Below the pieces are notes generated by a model. The model did no database searches and was not told the origin of the DNA. It worked only from the letters and a program-made list of their open reading frames with translations. From the NCBI GenBank assembly GCA_020891255.1, contig BQFW01000004.1, forward strand, positions 1,364,001-1,428,000: a stretch of 64,000 nucleotides of DNA, written 5' to 3'. The position numbers and the translations under genes were made by a program. Shown here piece after piece: positions 38,674 through 51,586 of this stretch. The DNA is from Entomortierella parvispora E1425 (lineage: Eukaryota > Fungi > Mortierellomycota). Every line of letters starts with the position of its first letter. Within the stretch, counting starts at the first letter, position 1.

Positions 38674-40723
38674 TTAGTAAGCTCTAGATGCCCATATGGC
38701 GACAAGATGTGGGCAGTCTCTATGTTTCTTCACCACATCCGAGATTTGACTAGTGTCAAGCATGACCCTCATCATCCGATATTCCTTGGGCCCTTTACCA
38801 CCAGAGTCAGCTGGGCGCAGTAGCTCCGAATTTACGAGATGTTCAAAGGCCTATGTGCATTGGTATTGGGTGTCGTCAGTAAGCGAGGTACAGAATGCCG
38901 TGCATGAGTATTATAACATCAGGAACCTCATTGCCAAGAGCCTAGTTTACCTTTAACGCGACCGCTTTCTTATAGAGTCGTAACGTGGTGGATTCAGAAG
39001 ACAGCATGGCTCCTCCACTGCTGATGCCTATTGATGACGATGACGTTCCGCGAGCAATCGCCATGTCCATGAACTCCTTGTACTCGTCATATACCATCTC
39101 AAAGTTGAAGGTAATGATCTCCCTTCCTACCAAATGCTTGATGGCGATCAAGAGACACAATTCCAGCAGAGACACTCCTTTGAGAAGCTCAGTCTTATTA
39201 TCGACACACTGCTGCAGTCGCGAGTCGTAGAACTGTGATGGTTGAAGGTACGGGTGGCTGACTGACAGTGCGGAGACAGGTTGAAACTAAATGAAGAGCA
39301 CAGAACAAAAGTCAGCCTGGGTGAACAATGGGCAAAAGAATGAATCTAAAAGGGAATGCTCGATATATCTTACACAAAGGCGGTATAACCCTCGAACGTC
39401 CTTCATAAAGTCATACAACTGCTGAACAACATCCGAGAATCCCTCGTCTTCAAATAGAGCCTAGTGCGTGAAAAAGTAAGGTGTAAGGGATTATACCAAC
39501 AAGTCATTTTTTTTTCCCACTTCAACAAGAAAATCACGCACCTCAACTCGTCTGTTGAACTCAGTAATAAAATTCCTGGTATCGTTGTCTATCTCCATGT
39601 TCAGGTCATCGTTGTCCATGGTGGATGGCGTCGCATTGAAGTCTGAGGGTGACAGTCGGATGGCATTTTGACAAATCTCGACATATTCCTTGAACGTGCT
39701 CATTGGAAAGGTGTAGTATTGTCGGTGAGAGAAGCGTGATTTCACGCGTTTCTCCAAAAGCTCTAGCGCATCCTAGGTCATTATCAAGGCAAGAATAGTT
39801 GGTCAGGTTGAAAGTTTGGCTGGATGCCAGGCATGTCTGAGAGTTCTTACCATTCGACAGGATAGTCCTACTACCGCGATTGGCCATTCTGCACTCTGAG
39901 CCACATCAAAGAGGTTGTAGAGTAGGGACTGCTTCGTGTGTTGGGCGAACAAGTCAAATTCGTCCAAAATGAATATAATGGGGTACTGAGCTCGAGTTCC
40001 GGCTTTTAAGAATGTCAGTAATGATGGTAGGGAATCTGAAAATGTTGTCTAATTCATAGACATGGTGGAGCAAATTTAAAGGTCAGTTAGCAAGCACCAT
40101 GAGAGCATATCTGCATCCATGACAATAACAAAGGCAAGACACAACATACATTGGTGCCATCCATTTCAGCTTCACCCTCCCGAGATAATTGCCGCATGAT
40201 CTCCTTCAGGGCCATCCGGTCATCCGTCTGTACTAGCCCGTTGAGTCGGATGATCATGAACTCCTTTTTATCTCCTTCGACCTCCATTTTTGAATCCAGA
40301 TCAGCGATAGAATGAGACAAGCTGAACTCGCTCTGGAGTTCTTTCAAAGCGTGGCGCACTAGCTATAGTTTCGGTCAATAAGAGTTAGCGGCTTGATCCT
40401 TGACGTCCTCTCAATTCACCATCGGTTGCTTCGTCGTACCATGGTTTTTCCTGTTCCTCGAGGGCCTAAGATTAGACAGGAATTACTCTCACCCATGGTG
40501 ATTGTGCGACGCATCAGTCCAACAACCTTGCTATAAGGAAAACAATTGCCGGCATGTTAGCCATGCTGAAAGTCCAGTGATGCCTCATGTAGTGTTCCTG
40601 AGTTTCAGGTCAATACCCATATTCCTCTTGGAGGCCCACGAGAGACGTGGGAATGGAGCGCTCAGAGAGACGGCCTAAGATCGCCTCCTTGGCCCTAGTC
40701 AGCATGTCCTCGGTGGCAGTCAT
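38674..40723 (-). CDS. ORC4: Origin recognition complex subunit 4
   Basis: Spliced [17 protein letters not shown] (Walker A), [29 protein letters not shown] and [10 protein letters not shown]. Confidence 0.93.
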
Positions 40724-40977
40724 TGCAGAAGCGACTTAAAGCTTGTCCTGGAGATCCTGAAAGCAGCTGGCTTGTGGAATGAAGAAAGCGTGGAGAGAGG
40801 GTCGATCGCCTTGTTTGAACACAGTGCTTCCTCGGGCATTTTTGATCTCAGCCCAAATTTGGTGGCTGAATCAAAAGGACTTTCTCGGGCAATGCATGCA
40901 TTCATTCCCTTTGATCTCTTCTCATTCTCTTCCGCCCCACCTCCCCATCGCTCATTCACATTGTCAGCTCTGCAACC

Positions 40978-41457
40978 ATGGTGTTTGCCAATAAATCATA
41001 CGGTGTCGCCACCCCAGCTGACCGATTCGCAAGGGCCACCAAGAAACACCCTGTTCTCTTTTTCGGTCTGCCTTTCCTCCTCACCGTCGTCGTCGGCTCT
41101 TTTGCGCTCTCGGAACTGACCGCTACCAAATACAATGTCCATGATAACAGAACCAAAGCAGTAACGTCAACGTCTGGGGTCTTCTTGTGGCTCTGGCGAT
41201 ATGCTTCAAGGTCCTCCGTCGACTGACCTCATTCTTTTATTTTTTTCCGACTGTAGGTATCTAAAGAGGAAGCCCTCAAGATGTCAAAGTCCAGGAGACG
41301 CTTGAACTTGCAGGAGGAATATTGGCGTCTACAGGCTGAGGAAGGCGATGATGATGACTGGGAGATTAAGCGTGTTGGTTCTGAAGCAGCCCCCGGGGTT
41401 ACTACCTCACCTGTAGTAAATTCTGCAGAAAAAACATCGGCAAAGGATAAGTCATGA
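40978..41457 (+). CDS. COX16: Cytochrome c oxidase assembly protein Cox16, 127 aa
   Basis: join(40978..41160, 41257..41457). Motifs KHPVLFFGLPF..VVGSFAL, LNLQEEYWRL, DDWEIKRV. Confidence 0.92.
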
Positions 41458-41549
41458 CCCCTCGCACTTTGAACATAAAATAATAGAAACACCAGTAACT
41501 CTCGGAATTATGATATGATGAATGATGTAATGAATGCAGATGAGGTTTT

Positions 41550-43525
41550 CTATTTTGAGCTGGACTTTCTCTTTGAAGATCCACCTTTGCGAGCTTCTGA
41601 GAGAGCCTCTCTTTTTTGCTTTTGGATTCTCCTCTTTTCACCAAACTGGCTGTCATGCAGAGACTAAACGATTCACAAGATGGAGAAGAAGGATATCTGT
41701 TAGAAAGCACAGAAAACGTAACACGGCATGTATCGAAGCCCGCTCAATTGGAATAATATCTCACCATATTTGCAGCACGCTTGGCTGAGGTAACCTCATT
41801 CAACAGATCAAGCGCCTTCGTTTCAGGAACAGGGAATTCAGCCATAGTTTTGTCTGCAATGTGAAAAAATACGACGTAAATGTTAGTATTACACTCATAG
41901 TCTCCATTTAAAAGCGAATTGGCGTGCGAGTCAAGAGATATCCACATACTTATCCTAGACTCGATATCATGAACAAGCTGGATATCTCTCTCAGAGACCA
42001 TAGAGATGGCTTGACCACCGCGACCAGCACGGGCTGTACGACCGACTCTATGGATATAGTCTGTAGGATCGCGAGGGATATCGTAGTTCAAGACCAGAAG
42101 CACACTTGGGATATCCAAACCACTATGATATGAATAAAGTGACAAGTCAGAAGCAGCTCACTACCAGGTTTCAAATACAGAACTGAAAAGCAGCATCTCT
42201 TACCGAGATCCAACATCTGTGGCAATCAAGACTGAGGTGATTCCTCCTCTGAATTTCGCCAGAGAGTTTAAGCGCTCCTGTTGTGACATCTCCGAGTGAA
42301 GGGCTGTGCAAGCAATACCCAACTCTCGCAACATAACTCTCAGTGTCTCGGCTGTCCTGCACCTTCCGGTGAAGATAATGGTCGACTTCTTGGCGAAGTC
42401 CTCCGATCGCAAAAGGTATGCCAGGTATGTCTCTCGCATGTGCGAAGGAATGAAGATGTAGGACTGGGTCAAGGTCTTGACAGTTGACACTGCAGTCTTG
42501 CACTGGTACACAAATGGTGCTGGCTTTGATGACTCAGCAGAAGGTCCAGCAAGTTCCAGCACAGCGTCAGTCATAGTGGCGGTAAACAATAGAGTCTGTC
42601 GTTTTTGAGGAAGAGCTTCCAAGATCCCTCCAAGATCCTCGGCAAAGGTCTCTGTCAACAGGCGATCAGCCTCATCCAGGACCAGGAACTTGACCTTGGA
42701 CAAATTCATAGCATCTCCCGATGAGTTGATGTGATCCCTCAGTCTTCCAGGAGTTGCAATGATGATGTGGGGTCGTTTGGAGAGTGCGATCGCCTGCGTC
42801 ATCATATCCAGTCCTCCGACCACGACCACGTCCTTGAGATTGATAGTCTTTCCAAGAACATTGAACTGTTCTGCAATCTGGAACGCCAATTCTCTAAGAA
42901 AGCGCGAGAGATAGAGAAAAATCAGATCCTGGGGCATTGAATGGCATGACAGTAGTTCCGCAGCATGAAAATGAGATTACCTTGTAGGGGTCAAAACAAC
43001 TGCAAACACTCCATACGGATCCTCGGACAGTTTCTGAAGGATAGGCAAAGCAAAGGCAGCCGTCTTTCCTGAACCAGTTTTCGCACCTCCAATAACGTCC
43101 TTTCCGGCCAAGATCTGGGGAATGCATTTTGTCTGAATCTCGGACGGTGAGGTGATCGACATGGCCTTCAGTGCATTCACCAGCCATGAGGCCAGGCCAA
43201 GCTGTGAGAATGAGAGCGATGACTTGAACTCTTCTTCTTCCTCTTCTTCTTCCACTTCCTCCTCCTCCTCCTCCTCCTCCTCGTGTTCACTCTCTCCGTC
43301 AGGCCCCTCCTCTTCCTGTTCCTGTTCGTCGTCCTCATTGTCCTGATCAGCTTCGTCGCTTTCCTCCTCAAGCTCTGCCTCTTCTTCGTCTTCGAACCCC
43401 TCTTCTTCTTCTTCTTCCTCCTCGATATCTTCTTCGTCAGAGATAGGATCAGGGAGAACGACCCTCTCCTCTTTGGCCTCGGCCTTTTGCTTTTTGTTGG
43501 GTCTTGAAGTGGATGCTTTTGCCAT
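41550..43525 (-). CDS. DBP8: DEAD-box RNA helicase Dbp8/DDX49
   Basis: Q motif; [57 protein letters not shown]; acidic N-terminal extension. Confidence 0.93.
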
Positions 43526-43818
43526 GATGTAATGAGTGAATGGAGATGGAATGCGTTGTCAGCCAGGTCTTTGAAAAAAAAAAAAAAAAAAAAAGAATGT
43601 AGCATATGTGGCTTAGATCTCTGATCTGTTGAATGCAAACCGCGCGTTTTTTTTTATTTTGTTCACATGGCGAAATACTCGCGTCGCGCCTGTTGTGGCT
43701 GGATCTCTGCGGGTGTCGGCATTGTTAACGCGATGTCTGGAACAGCCTGCTGAGTCTGCAATACTACTGGCTGAGAGGATGAAAATCGGGATTCTGTCAT
43801 TGCAGATATAGCATGGCA

Positions 43819-45119
43819 TTAGCTAACCAGGAGGTAGATCAAGTCACCAGCGAATTCATTGTACTGACCCGAGCCGCCGTGCGCAAGAGGGAGATAATCT
43901 GAACTTGTTCTTGCCATTGATGCTTGATTCTGTAGCGGGTGTTGAGGACCCACAAAGTTGTTTAGAGACCCTTGCAGTTTACTCTGCAGCTGATGGTGAG
44001 GGAAATGTGGCGGGGGTGGCGGGGGTGGCGTACTCTGATTGGAATGCTGCTGATCCTGTGCCTGCTCCTGCTGCTGTTGTTGGCTATATCCTCCATTCAA
44101 GGGCTGCTTTGGTAGGAATGGATGGTTTCCCGTTCTTTTTGAAGGCGACAAGGGTGGCGAGTGCATTGATTTTAGCCTTGCACCATCTCCAGATCGACCA
44201 TGCACGCCTGAAGCACCAGCGCCCATGCCAATACCAGTTGCATTCGCACCGACACCTGCACCTACGAAATGCGTGCTCCCAGAGTTGATGCCTCCAAAAC
44301 TCCTCAGCTGTTTGGGGCTGCCCATGGCCATGTGTGCATGAATCGTAAGAGCGTTGGGATGGTGAGCAGGGATAATCCGAGCCAGGTTCTGTTCCTGCTG
44401 TAGCTGTTGTTCAAAGATCTTTTGCGCCTCTAGTCGAACTCGAAAGTGTTTCTGCTCCTTCCATTGATCCAATTTTTTGTAGTTGAGAATAAATCCATCC
44501 AATGGTGGTATCAACGTCACGAAGGACAGCATGAAGAATGCCAAGCCCATACACACAACTATTATACCGCCATAGAGATTGAAGGGTGTCCTGGATGCAA
44601 TCAGACAACCAAAGCTACATGGGCATGAAGGTCGAAGCACCTTGAATTAGTCAGGATTTCGAGACTCACCATCTATTTTCTTTTGCTCAACATTGGCTTA
44701 CAAGAGATATGTCATTCCCCGGCCACGGTATGTGCACTAGAGAGTGAAGTATTCTCAGCAAAGAGTTGGTTCAGCTGACTTGATAAGAGCATGTTTCCAG
44801 CAAACAGTGTTTCGTACCAAAAATCGAAAGTACTCGTATGTAAGTTGTGGTAACCGGATCTCGGACACAATGAGTAGACAAGCAATTGCCCTAAGTGTCC
44901 AGTTCACGGTGTGTTAGTACCTCAAAGCTCAAACTGTTTTTGTTGAACCATGCCATGTCTTGGGATTGCTTACGCTGCAAAGCCATTGAGAATGATAAAG
45001 TTGACAGAAGCCTCTGCTATATTAAGACAAGCGGCGAGGAGGATAATAAGGTAGAGGACTATGTTGAGGCTATTGATAAACAGCGAGAGGATGATGCCTC
45101 GTCGACTAAGGCGCAGCAT
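43819..45119 (-). CDS. COPI-associated / Tvp15-like membrane protein with long Gln/Pro/Gly-rich C-terminal tail
   Basis: Spliced reading LLIVSEIRLPQLTYEYFRFL-CTYRGRGMTYLF-FGCL matches the Tvp15-type FxFLxxYxGRG motif; four exons inferred. Confidence 0.75.
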
Positions 45120-46257
45120 CGTCTGTCTTTCGAGGCGCAAAAGGAGTCGAGCCGATTGTGCGTCCTGATCTGTCGTCAAGAAATGGAAATTAAAGTGAAG
45201 AAGTCGTCGTTGTTCAACGGCAAACGGAAGATGTGAGAGTATCAGGTGAGACAGCCAAGCGAGAGTGCAAGGGGTGAGTTAATGGGGGTTCAGGGAGGAA
45301 GTGAATGGACCAAGCATGCAAGGCATTCAGGAGTCATCGGTTTCCAGGACGATGCGGCATGTGGTGCTTGCCTACATTCCAAATCTCAATCATGTTGTGC
45401 CTGACTGTTCTGATTCCAGTCATGAGAGGATGTCGTAACTCCAATCCTGGAAAGGACGTGCTAGAGGCATGGTGTCAACATGATGGACAACGATCGCGTG
45501 CGCGAGTGGAAGCATGAATGCATGGAGAACTCTGTTGATGAGCGAACAGTTGGAAAAGTGTCCCGTGCACGCCACGACGCATCTAATCTTTTTAATTTTG
45601 TGGTCCTTTTCAACCCCAAGTGCTCAAGTGAAGGAGAACCATTTTCTTCAAGGACTCAACACGGACCTTCAGAATATGAAGGGACGTTGATGAGTGCGAA
45701 GAAACAAAAAGAGCACGCGAGGAAGAGGGTCAAAAAGACAGAATGGGAACCAAGACGTGCACCTATGCCGCCCCACTCCAAAGTGTGACTTGTGCACCAC
45801 ATTTTAAACCAAGACTTAAGGTCACGTGCAAGTCGAATGAGACGCTCCAGAAAAACGCGTTCAGGATGAGTCGTGATTGTCGATCAAGGTCCGAGACCGT
45901 TGGGTTCTGGTCGGACGATGACGATGGTCCATGGCGATCTTCCCTACGCGTCCCTTCTCTTTCCCCCTATTCCTTCCCATCCATTCGCCCTTCCACGAGT
46001 AGGCCATAGGCAACTGATACAACGCAGAACCTACTTCCAAGACAGATCACGGTTGACACTGCTCACACTATAAGACTCTACTTGCTCTTCATCTTTTGCC
46101 ATTCCTTTATTCACCTCCATTTGCACCATTGGCTTACCGCTGCGGGTGCTTCACCTTTTATTTTATTTGTTGCAAACCCTCTCATTCACCCAATCACCCC
46201 CCCATTGCTACGGCTCGCCAACCTGGATTCTTCAAAGTTATCCTCCGTTCTTTCAAT

Positions 46258-47738
46258 ATGAGACTCTGGTCTACAACAACCCTTTGCTCTCTGGTTGCCT
46301 CGGCCAGTTGCATTGTGGCCGCTAATGCAGCTGGAGCGTTCAGGTAGGCTGCACACATCTCGAGGATTTTTGTATAGTTCATTTTGTGTCAGGATCTTAT
46401 AAAAAAAGCTTTGCTTGACCTTGTAGAATTCCCATCCACAAGAATACGCACTATCGCCCGAACACTCGGGCTCGTGCGTTCAAGACTCTAAAGAAATACG
46501 GACACCACAATCGACTCCGAGCTCGCGATTTTGGTCGACAGCCTATAACGGACGTGGAGAATGATGTAGAGGTGAGATTTTTTTTTATCTTGCTTTAAAT
46601 GGCCCGCTTCTTTTCTTGCATGCCTGTCAATAATTGGCTTGCAAGAAAGGAAGTGGGCCTTTTTTTTTAAGAGGAAGACCTCCGTACTAATCATCAAATA
46701 TACAATCTACCATTTCTGCTCCTCTAAACGTACTAGTACTATGGAATTGTCGGGATTGGAACTCCACCACAAATGTTCAAGCTCGACATGGATACGGGTT
46801 CGTCTGATCTGTGGGTGCCATCCATGAAGTGCGACCACCACAAGTGTAAACTCCACTCTCGTTTCGATCCATCCATGTCTTCGACCGTGACAGAACTAGG
46901 TACACCTTGGAAGATTGCCTACGGAGATGGCTCAACCGTCAGCGGCCATCTGGCCATTGATCGGTTAGAGTTTTCAGAAATCACGATTCCCAATCAACTT
47001 TTTGGTATGGCTGACCGCGAATCGAGTGCCTTTCTGGAGGATGTCGTAGACGGCGTCTTTGGGCTTGGGTTTCCAGGACTTTCTGCCTTAGTTATGGAAG
47101 ATGCTGCCGGTGCAGAACGTTTGGTCAACGGTCCCATCAGTGACACAGTCCTTGGAAGTATAATGAGCCATGAGCTCATCCCTGCGCCCATCTTTGGTGT
47201 CTGGCTCGGAAACGGAGATGGGCCAGCAAACGACCCTAATGGAGGTGATGGCGAGTTTATCTTTGGTTCCATTGATACTACTCGATTCGAGGGCGATCTA
47301 ACGTATCTGCCTATCACTCACCCGAAATTCTGGCAAGTCAAGGTGCAAGGGGTCATGTTGGATGGCGTGGAGATGTCCGGGATCCATGGAGAAACCATCA
47401 TTGACACTGGTACGACTCTTCTCGTCTTCCCCATTGCGCAAGCAAAGAAAGTCAACAAGGCCATCGGTGCAAAGTCAGATCCTTGGGAAGGCTGGATCCT
47501 TCCCTGTGATTCCAATCAAGATGGGTCAATTGACTTTGTTATGGGGGGCAAAACCTTTTCAGTACGGCGTAAGGACCTTGTCCGAGAGAAGGTCAAGACA
47601 AACCCTGGATACTGCTACAGTGCCGTCACAGCCACCCCTGGCGACGTTATGGTGTTTGGGGATGTTTTCATACGCAATAACTACTGCGTGTTTGATGTCG
47701 AAAACATGTCCGTCGGCATCGCCCCTATCCGCCGGTAG
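46258..47738 (+). CDS. Secreted A1 (pepsin/rhizopuspepsin-like) aspartic protease, ~410 aa
   Basis: join(46258..46343, 46427..46571, 46737..47738). Signal peptide; YYGIVGIGTPPQ; both catalytic DTG motifs (DTGSS, DTGTT); FGDVFIR. Confidence 0.95.
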
Positions 47739-47919
47739 TCCCATCTCAAGGCGCGTTGCAGGAAACATCAACCCGGAGAGCTAGCGCCTGTTATATATCT
47801 CAGCTCTTTTTGCTGCTATTGACATCTTTCTCATAATGTTCATTCAAGTCTTTAAAAATCCGTAGAGCGGTCATAAAGGCACTTTCCAAAACAACCATCT
47901 TTGTGCACCGATTTATTGC

Positions 47920-48649
47920 TTAATGGGAATGGGTATGAGTGGCAGAGCCAGTGGCAGGAGGGCCAGTGGCGTAGACGGTTGGAACATTGACGTTGTTCTC
48001 TGACATGAAGGTTTTCCAGGCTACATTACGAAGGAACACGAGAGATCTGTCAGTGCGGCTTTCTCGACTACATAAACACTATTTCTTCTCTCACTATCAA
48101 CTTACAGTCAAGTGTGGCCTTGACAGAGGCGCGCTTGATCCAGAACTAAACGCGGTTTGTAATAAAGAATCGAAGAAGGGTTATCAGAACTCAAGATCCA
48201 GCCGTAGAGGGCAGTTGCCCAGAAGAGTGGGTGCCTTACCTGCTTCATGTTGTCTGTGAAGCCTCGCCACTCAATCTTGGACTCGATAGCAATCACTCGC
48301 ATCTTGTCGATATCAGCTTCCTCTGCCTCCTCGAGTGCTGCAGCAAACGGCGTATATTCAATCATAGCAAGGGTGCAATTGGGTAAGTGGATGGAACTGA
48401 GCCGCAGCTTTCTCACAGCTCAAGTTTCTCAGCAAAGGAAAAGGAGAGCGAGCATCTCACTCCCGACCCTTTTTCTCTTGCTCATTTGTCGCGCTGCAGC
48501 AATGACCTACCATCGACATGGTCCACAGCCAAGCGCTCGCATGTGCGCAACTTGCAGTATTCAACAAAGCCATCGCGCTCTTCAATGTCTGTAGCTTGGA
48601 AGTTGTTGGCCTGAGGCTGGCTGGTGGGGAGAGTGCTGGTGGTGGCCAT
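47920..48649 (-). CDS. Small hypothetical protein, 4 exons, 125 aa (not visible as one ORF)
   Basis: join(48649..48511, 48337..48240, 48145..48106, 48020..47920) = 378 nt. Donors GTAGG/GTAAG/GTAAG and YAG acceptors; the frame is kept through to TAA. Confidence 0.7.
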
Positions 48650-49146
48650 TGGTTTAAAAGTGTTGGTGATGATGGGAGATGGACAGATGGGGAACGAATG
48701 ATAGACAGAAAGGGAATGAGAAACGGAATGTTCGTTGTAGATTCCACCCTACGCACGCTCAGAGCTTTGCTGTGCCTGCAGCAGAAACAGTGGCGCAAGA
48801 GGACTGCTTCCTTCGCGCAAAAATCGATGCTATCTATGGCACCCCCTTCTTTATAGAGCCCGAGGCCTGATATGACACATGTGGGTGCGATGATGCCGAA
48901 CCTCCCCAGAGCTGGGCGAAGTTCTTCGGGAGAAGCCCACACGTGATGCGTACATGCAAGTGGACAGTCTGATCTCCAGCTGACTCTCAGGCACAAAAAA
49001 GGGGCCACGGTCCGTTCAAGGTCACTGTCCATCGCTTTGCGCTCTACCTCTCTTTCCTCCCCTCTTTGTACCTTACAGTTCCAAACCACCCATCCTGTTA
49101 TCGACTACACTCCTCACGTCCCCTACATCTTTGCTGAATCATCTCA

Positions 49147-50031
49147 ATGGGATTCTTTTGGTCAAGAGCACCTCCCACCCTTACGCAAGAGTATCAGGAG
49201 TCCATCGCGGAACGTGTGCGAGATATTCTCACTGGAGTCGATCACTCTTCACATGCCCAGCGTAACAAGTTAGCTATAAAGGCTCTTCAACGACCTGAGG
49301 CGCTCGCTGGAGTTATCGAGGTCCTCAAGAGTATGCCCGAGCCAAGTCCGAAAGCCGAAGGTTGGCAAATTGACGAAGGAGTAGACCTGGACAGTGACGA
49401 TAGCAGCATTGAGGGCAAAAATGTCGGTGCTTCAGAGGCCATTGTCTCTTTCGCAAGCACGGCCATTGCACCACTCAAGGATCAGAAAAAAACTCCATCG
49501 CCCAAGGAAGACATAGCTAGTCGACCTGACGCATCAACAGTCGTCGCCGCCACCACAATTGCAGTAGCCGCTGCCACATCTGCCACAGCTGCCACTTTGG
49601 CCGTTACCCTCGGTCGCAAAAAGGGCAATGCTTTCAGGGAGAGTGCTGAAGCAGATGAAGAGGTTGTCGATACGGGACTCGACACCACAAAGACGTCGTC
49701 TATGACCTTGGTTAAATTCCGCCCTGCCAAAGATACTGTGTCCAGTCACTCCTACTGGTGGGGATATGAGATCTTTATCCCACAGGAAGCCCTCTCCAGG
49801 ATCGGCTCTGCTCAGGATGTATCATCAGCCTTTCTTGGTTTTTTGGGCTCTGTTGGTCTGGTCGTTCCCGCAATTGTTCCTTTTTTGGGATACATTGCTG
49901 CCTATGTCGGACTAGAATTTGCAGTGATCAAGGCACAGAACGAAGGCAAGGGAGTTATCCTTGCTAGTACGTGGCTGCTTCCTGTAGCGCTGGTGCCCAG
50001 AGCATGGGATGTACCAAATGATGACCAGTAG
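49147..50031 (+). CDS. Hypothetical protein, 294 aa, with conserved-looking hydrophobic C-terminal domain
   Basis: Single ORF. The C-terminal block HSYWWGYEIFIP...PFLGYIAAYVGLEF..IKAQNEGKGVILASTWLLPVALVPRAWD looks like a structured domain. Confidence 0.8.
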   Translation: MGFFWSRAPPTLTQEYQESIAERVRDILTGVDHSSHAQRNKLAIKALQRPEALAGVIEVLKSMPEPSPKAEGWQIDEGVDLDSDDSSIEGKNVGASEAIVSFASTAIAPLKDQKKTPSPKEDIASRPDASTVVAATTIAVAAATSATAATLAVTLGRKKGNAFRESAEADEEVVDTGLDTTKTSSMTLVKFRPAKDTVSSHSYWWGYEIFIPQEALSRIGSAQDVSSAFLGFLGSVGLVVPAIVPFLGYIAAYVGLEFAVIKAQNEGKGVILASTWLLPVALVPRAWDVPNDDQ

Positions 50032-50132
50032 TAAAATCGACCGTCTATTTTTTTTATCTTAATATACATTGTTGTGTCATGAAAGAATGATATTCATGAA
50101 TAAAAGGTGTCCATATGTTTTCCAGCTATGTC

Positions 50133-51226
50133 CTAGTACGATCCAATGTTGGCAAGACGAGCGCTAGCCAATTGACTCTTGATAAATTCCCGGTCGACAT
50201 CATGGCTGTCCTCAACCTCGCCCCAGCGCTCGATCTGATCCAAAACCTCAAGCTGTGCTGCTGCCCAGGCCTTTTCTACCGAGAGATGCCTCTTCACAAC
50301 AGCAAGGCCGATCAAGAATGACTTTGCAGTAAGAGTTGCTCTTTCAAATGCTGTTAATGACAAACCACAAAATGGAACCGTTAGTATGCAGCTTTCTGCG
50401 TTTCAAGAGAATGCCAACTTATTAGCGGTAATAGCTGGCAACTTACCAGCAAGCTCAATATCAGTCATGTTGTTGACAATCTCTCTCAACCTCTCCTTGA
50501 CTTCGTCGTCCTGCTGAACATAGGTGATGCCCTGAGAGACCTTGATGTTGAGTCCATATTCTTCACGAACCCAATCTAAGATGGGCTGCCACTGCCTGTT
50601 TTGTGCCACGACAATTGACTCGGGGAAATCCTGTTGGTAGCAGATCGAGTCGGTGTCTAAAAACTTGATCAAGCGATCCAAGGTCTCCTTACGACCCTGA
50701 GGGTTTCCAATAAATCCATCGATGGCTCTTGCAACAAGCGAAGTCTACAAAAACGCCAACACATTCCGGTTAGTTATCCGGGTTGTTCTCTGGTGATTTT
50801 GGAATCATGAAATACTGTGAATTACCATAGGCAACGAGTGGGACTTCAAGAGAGCTTTCTGGCCCTGCCATTCACCGGCGATCATCAAGGCGAGGTGCTT
50901 TTGATCCTTGGGGAGTGTCAACGGGTTTCCTGCAGGGGTCTTGAGGACTCTGCCGTCCAAAGTGACGGCGACGCGATCGCCGACTTCCTTGACTCCAGCA
51001 ACATCCCAGAAACGCTTTCCAGAGACCTCGGCACCTATATTATTAAGGAATGGAAAGAGCCTGCGTCAGGGAGACTGTGTCCTTAGCGATAGCTACGATG
51101 AGAACAAGGACTGGGTGGGTGCAGCAACGTACGAGACATCTGATCCTTCAGGGGAGCATTCAGGTGGAAAGCTCTGAGGGTGACCTTTGATGGCGAGGCA
51201 ATCCTTGAGGCGAGAGTACGAAACAT
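50133..51226 (-). CDS. ATP12: Mitochondrial F1-ATPase assembly chaperone Atp12
   Basis: Motifs KRFWD, VTLDGRVLKTPAGN, LALMIAGEW, DTDSICY, KSFLIGLA, QIERWGEVEDSHDVD. Confidence 0.95.
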
Positions 51227-51586
51227 TATGATTGTGAAGGTGGAATGGATGAATGAATGAATGAACGAATAAAGATGAGAGGAGTGCAGAAGACTGCGGA
51301 GAGAGTGCGAGGCAGCGGGGTTCTGACAGTGAAGAAGACGGGTGAAGGACAGTCAGACAGTAGAGGCAGAAACGGTGGCTTGGTTGTTGTTGCACCCTAC
51401 TCTCCCCCGGTCCCTCTCTTGTGGAGACAAAGCCAAGGGACGACCTGCTGGTTGCTGCCACTGGAGTCTCCACACGTTCGGACTTGCTTCTTTCCATTCA
51501 TTCATCCATCCTTTCCCTTCCGTCGCTGTCTTCAACCTTCGTTCTCCCTTCCTTTCTTCTCCTCTATTCATTCTCACATCGTAATC

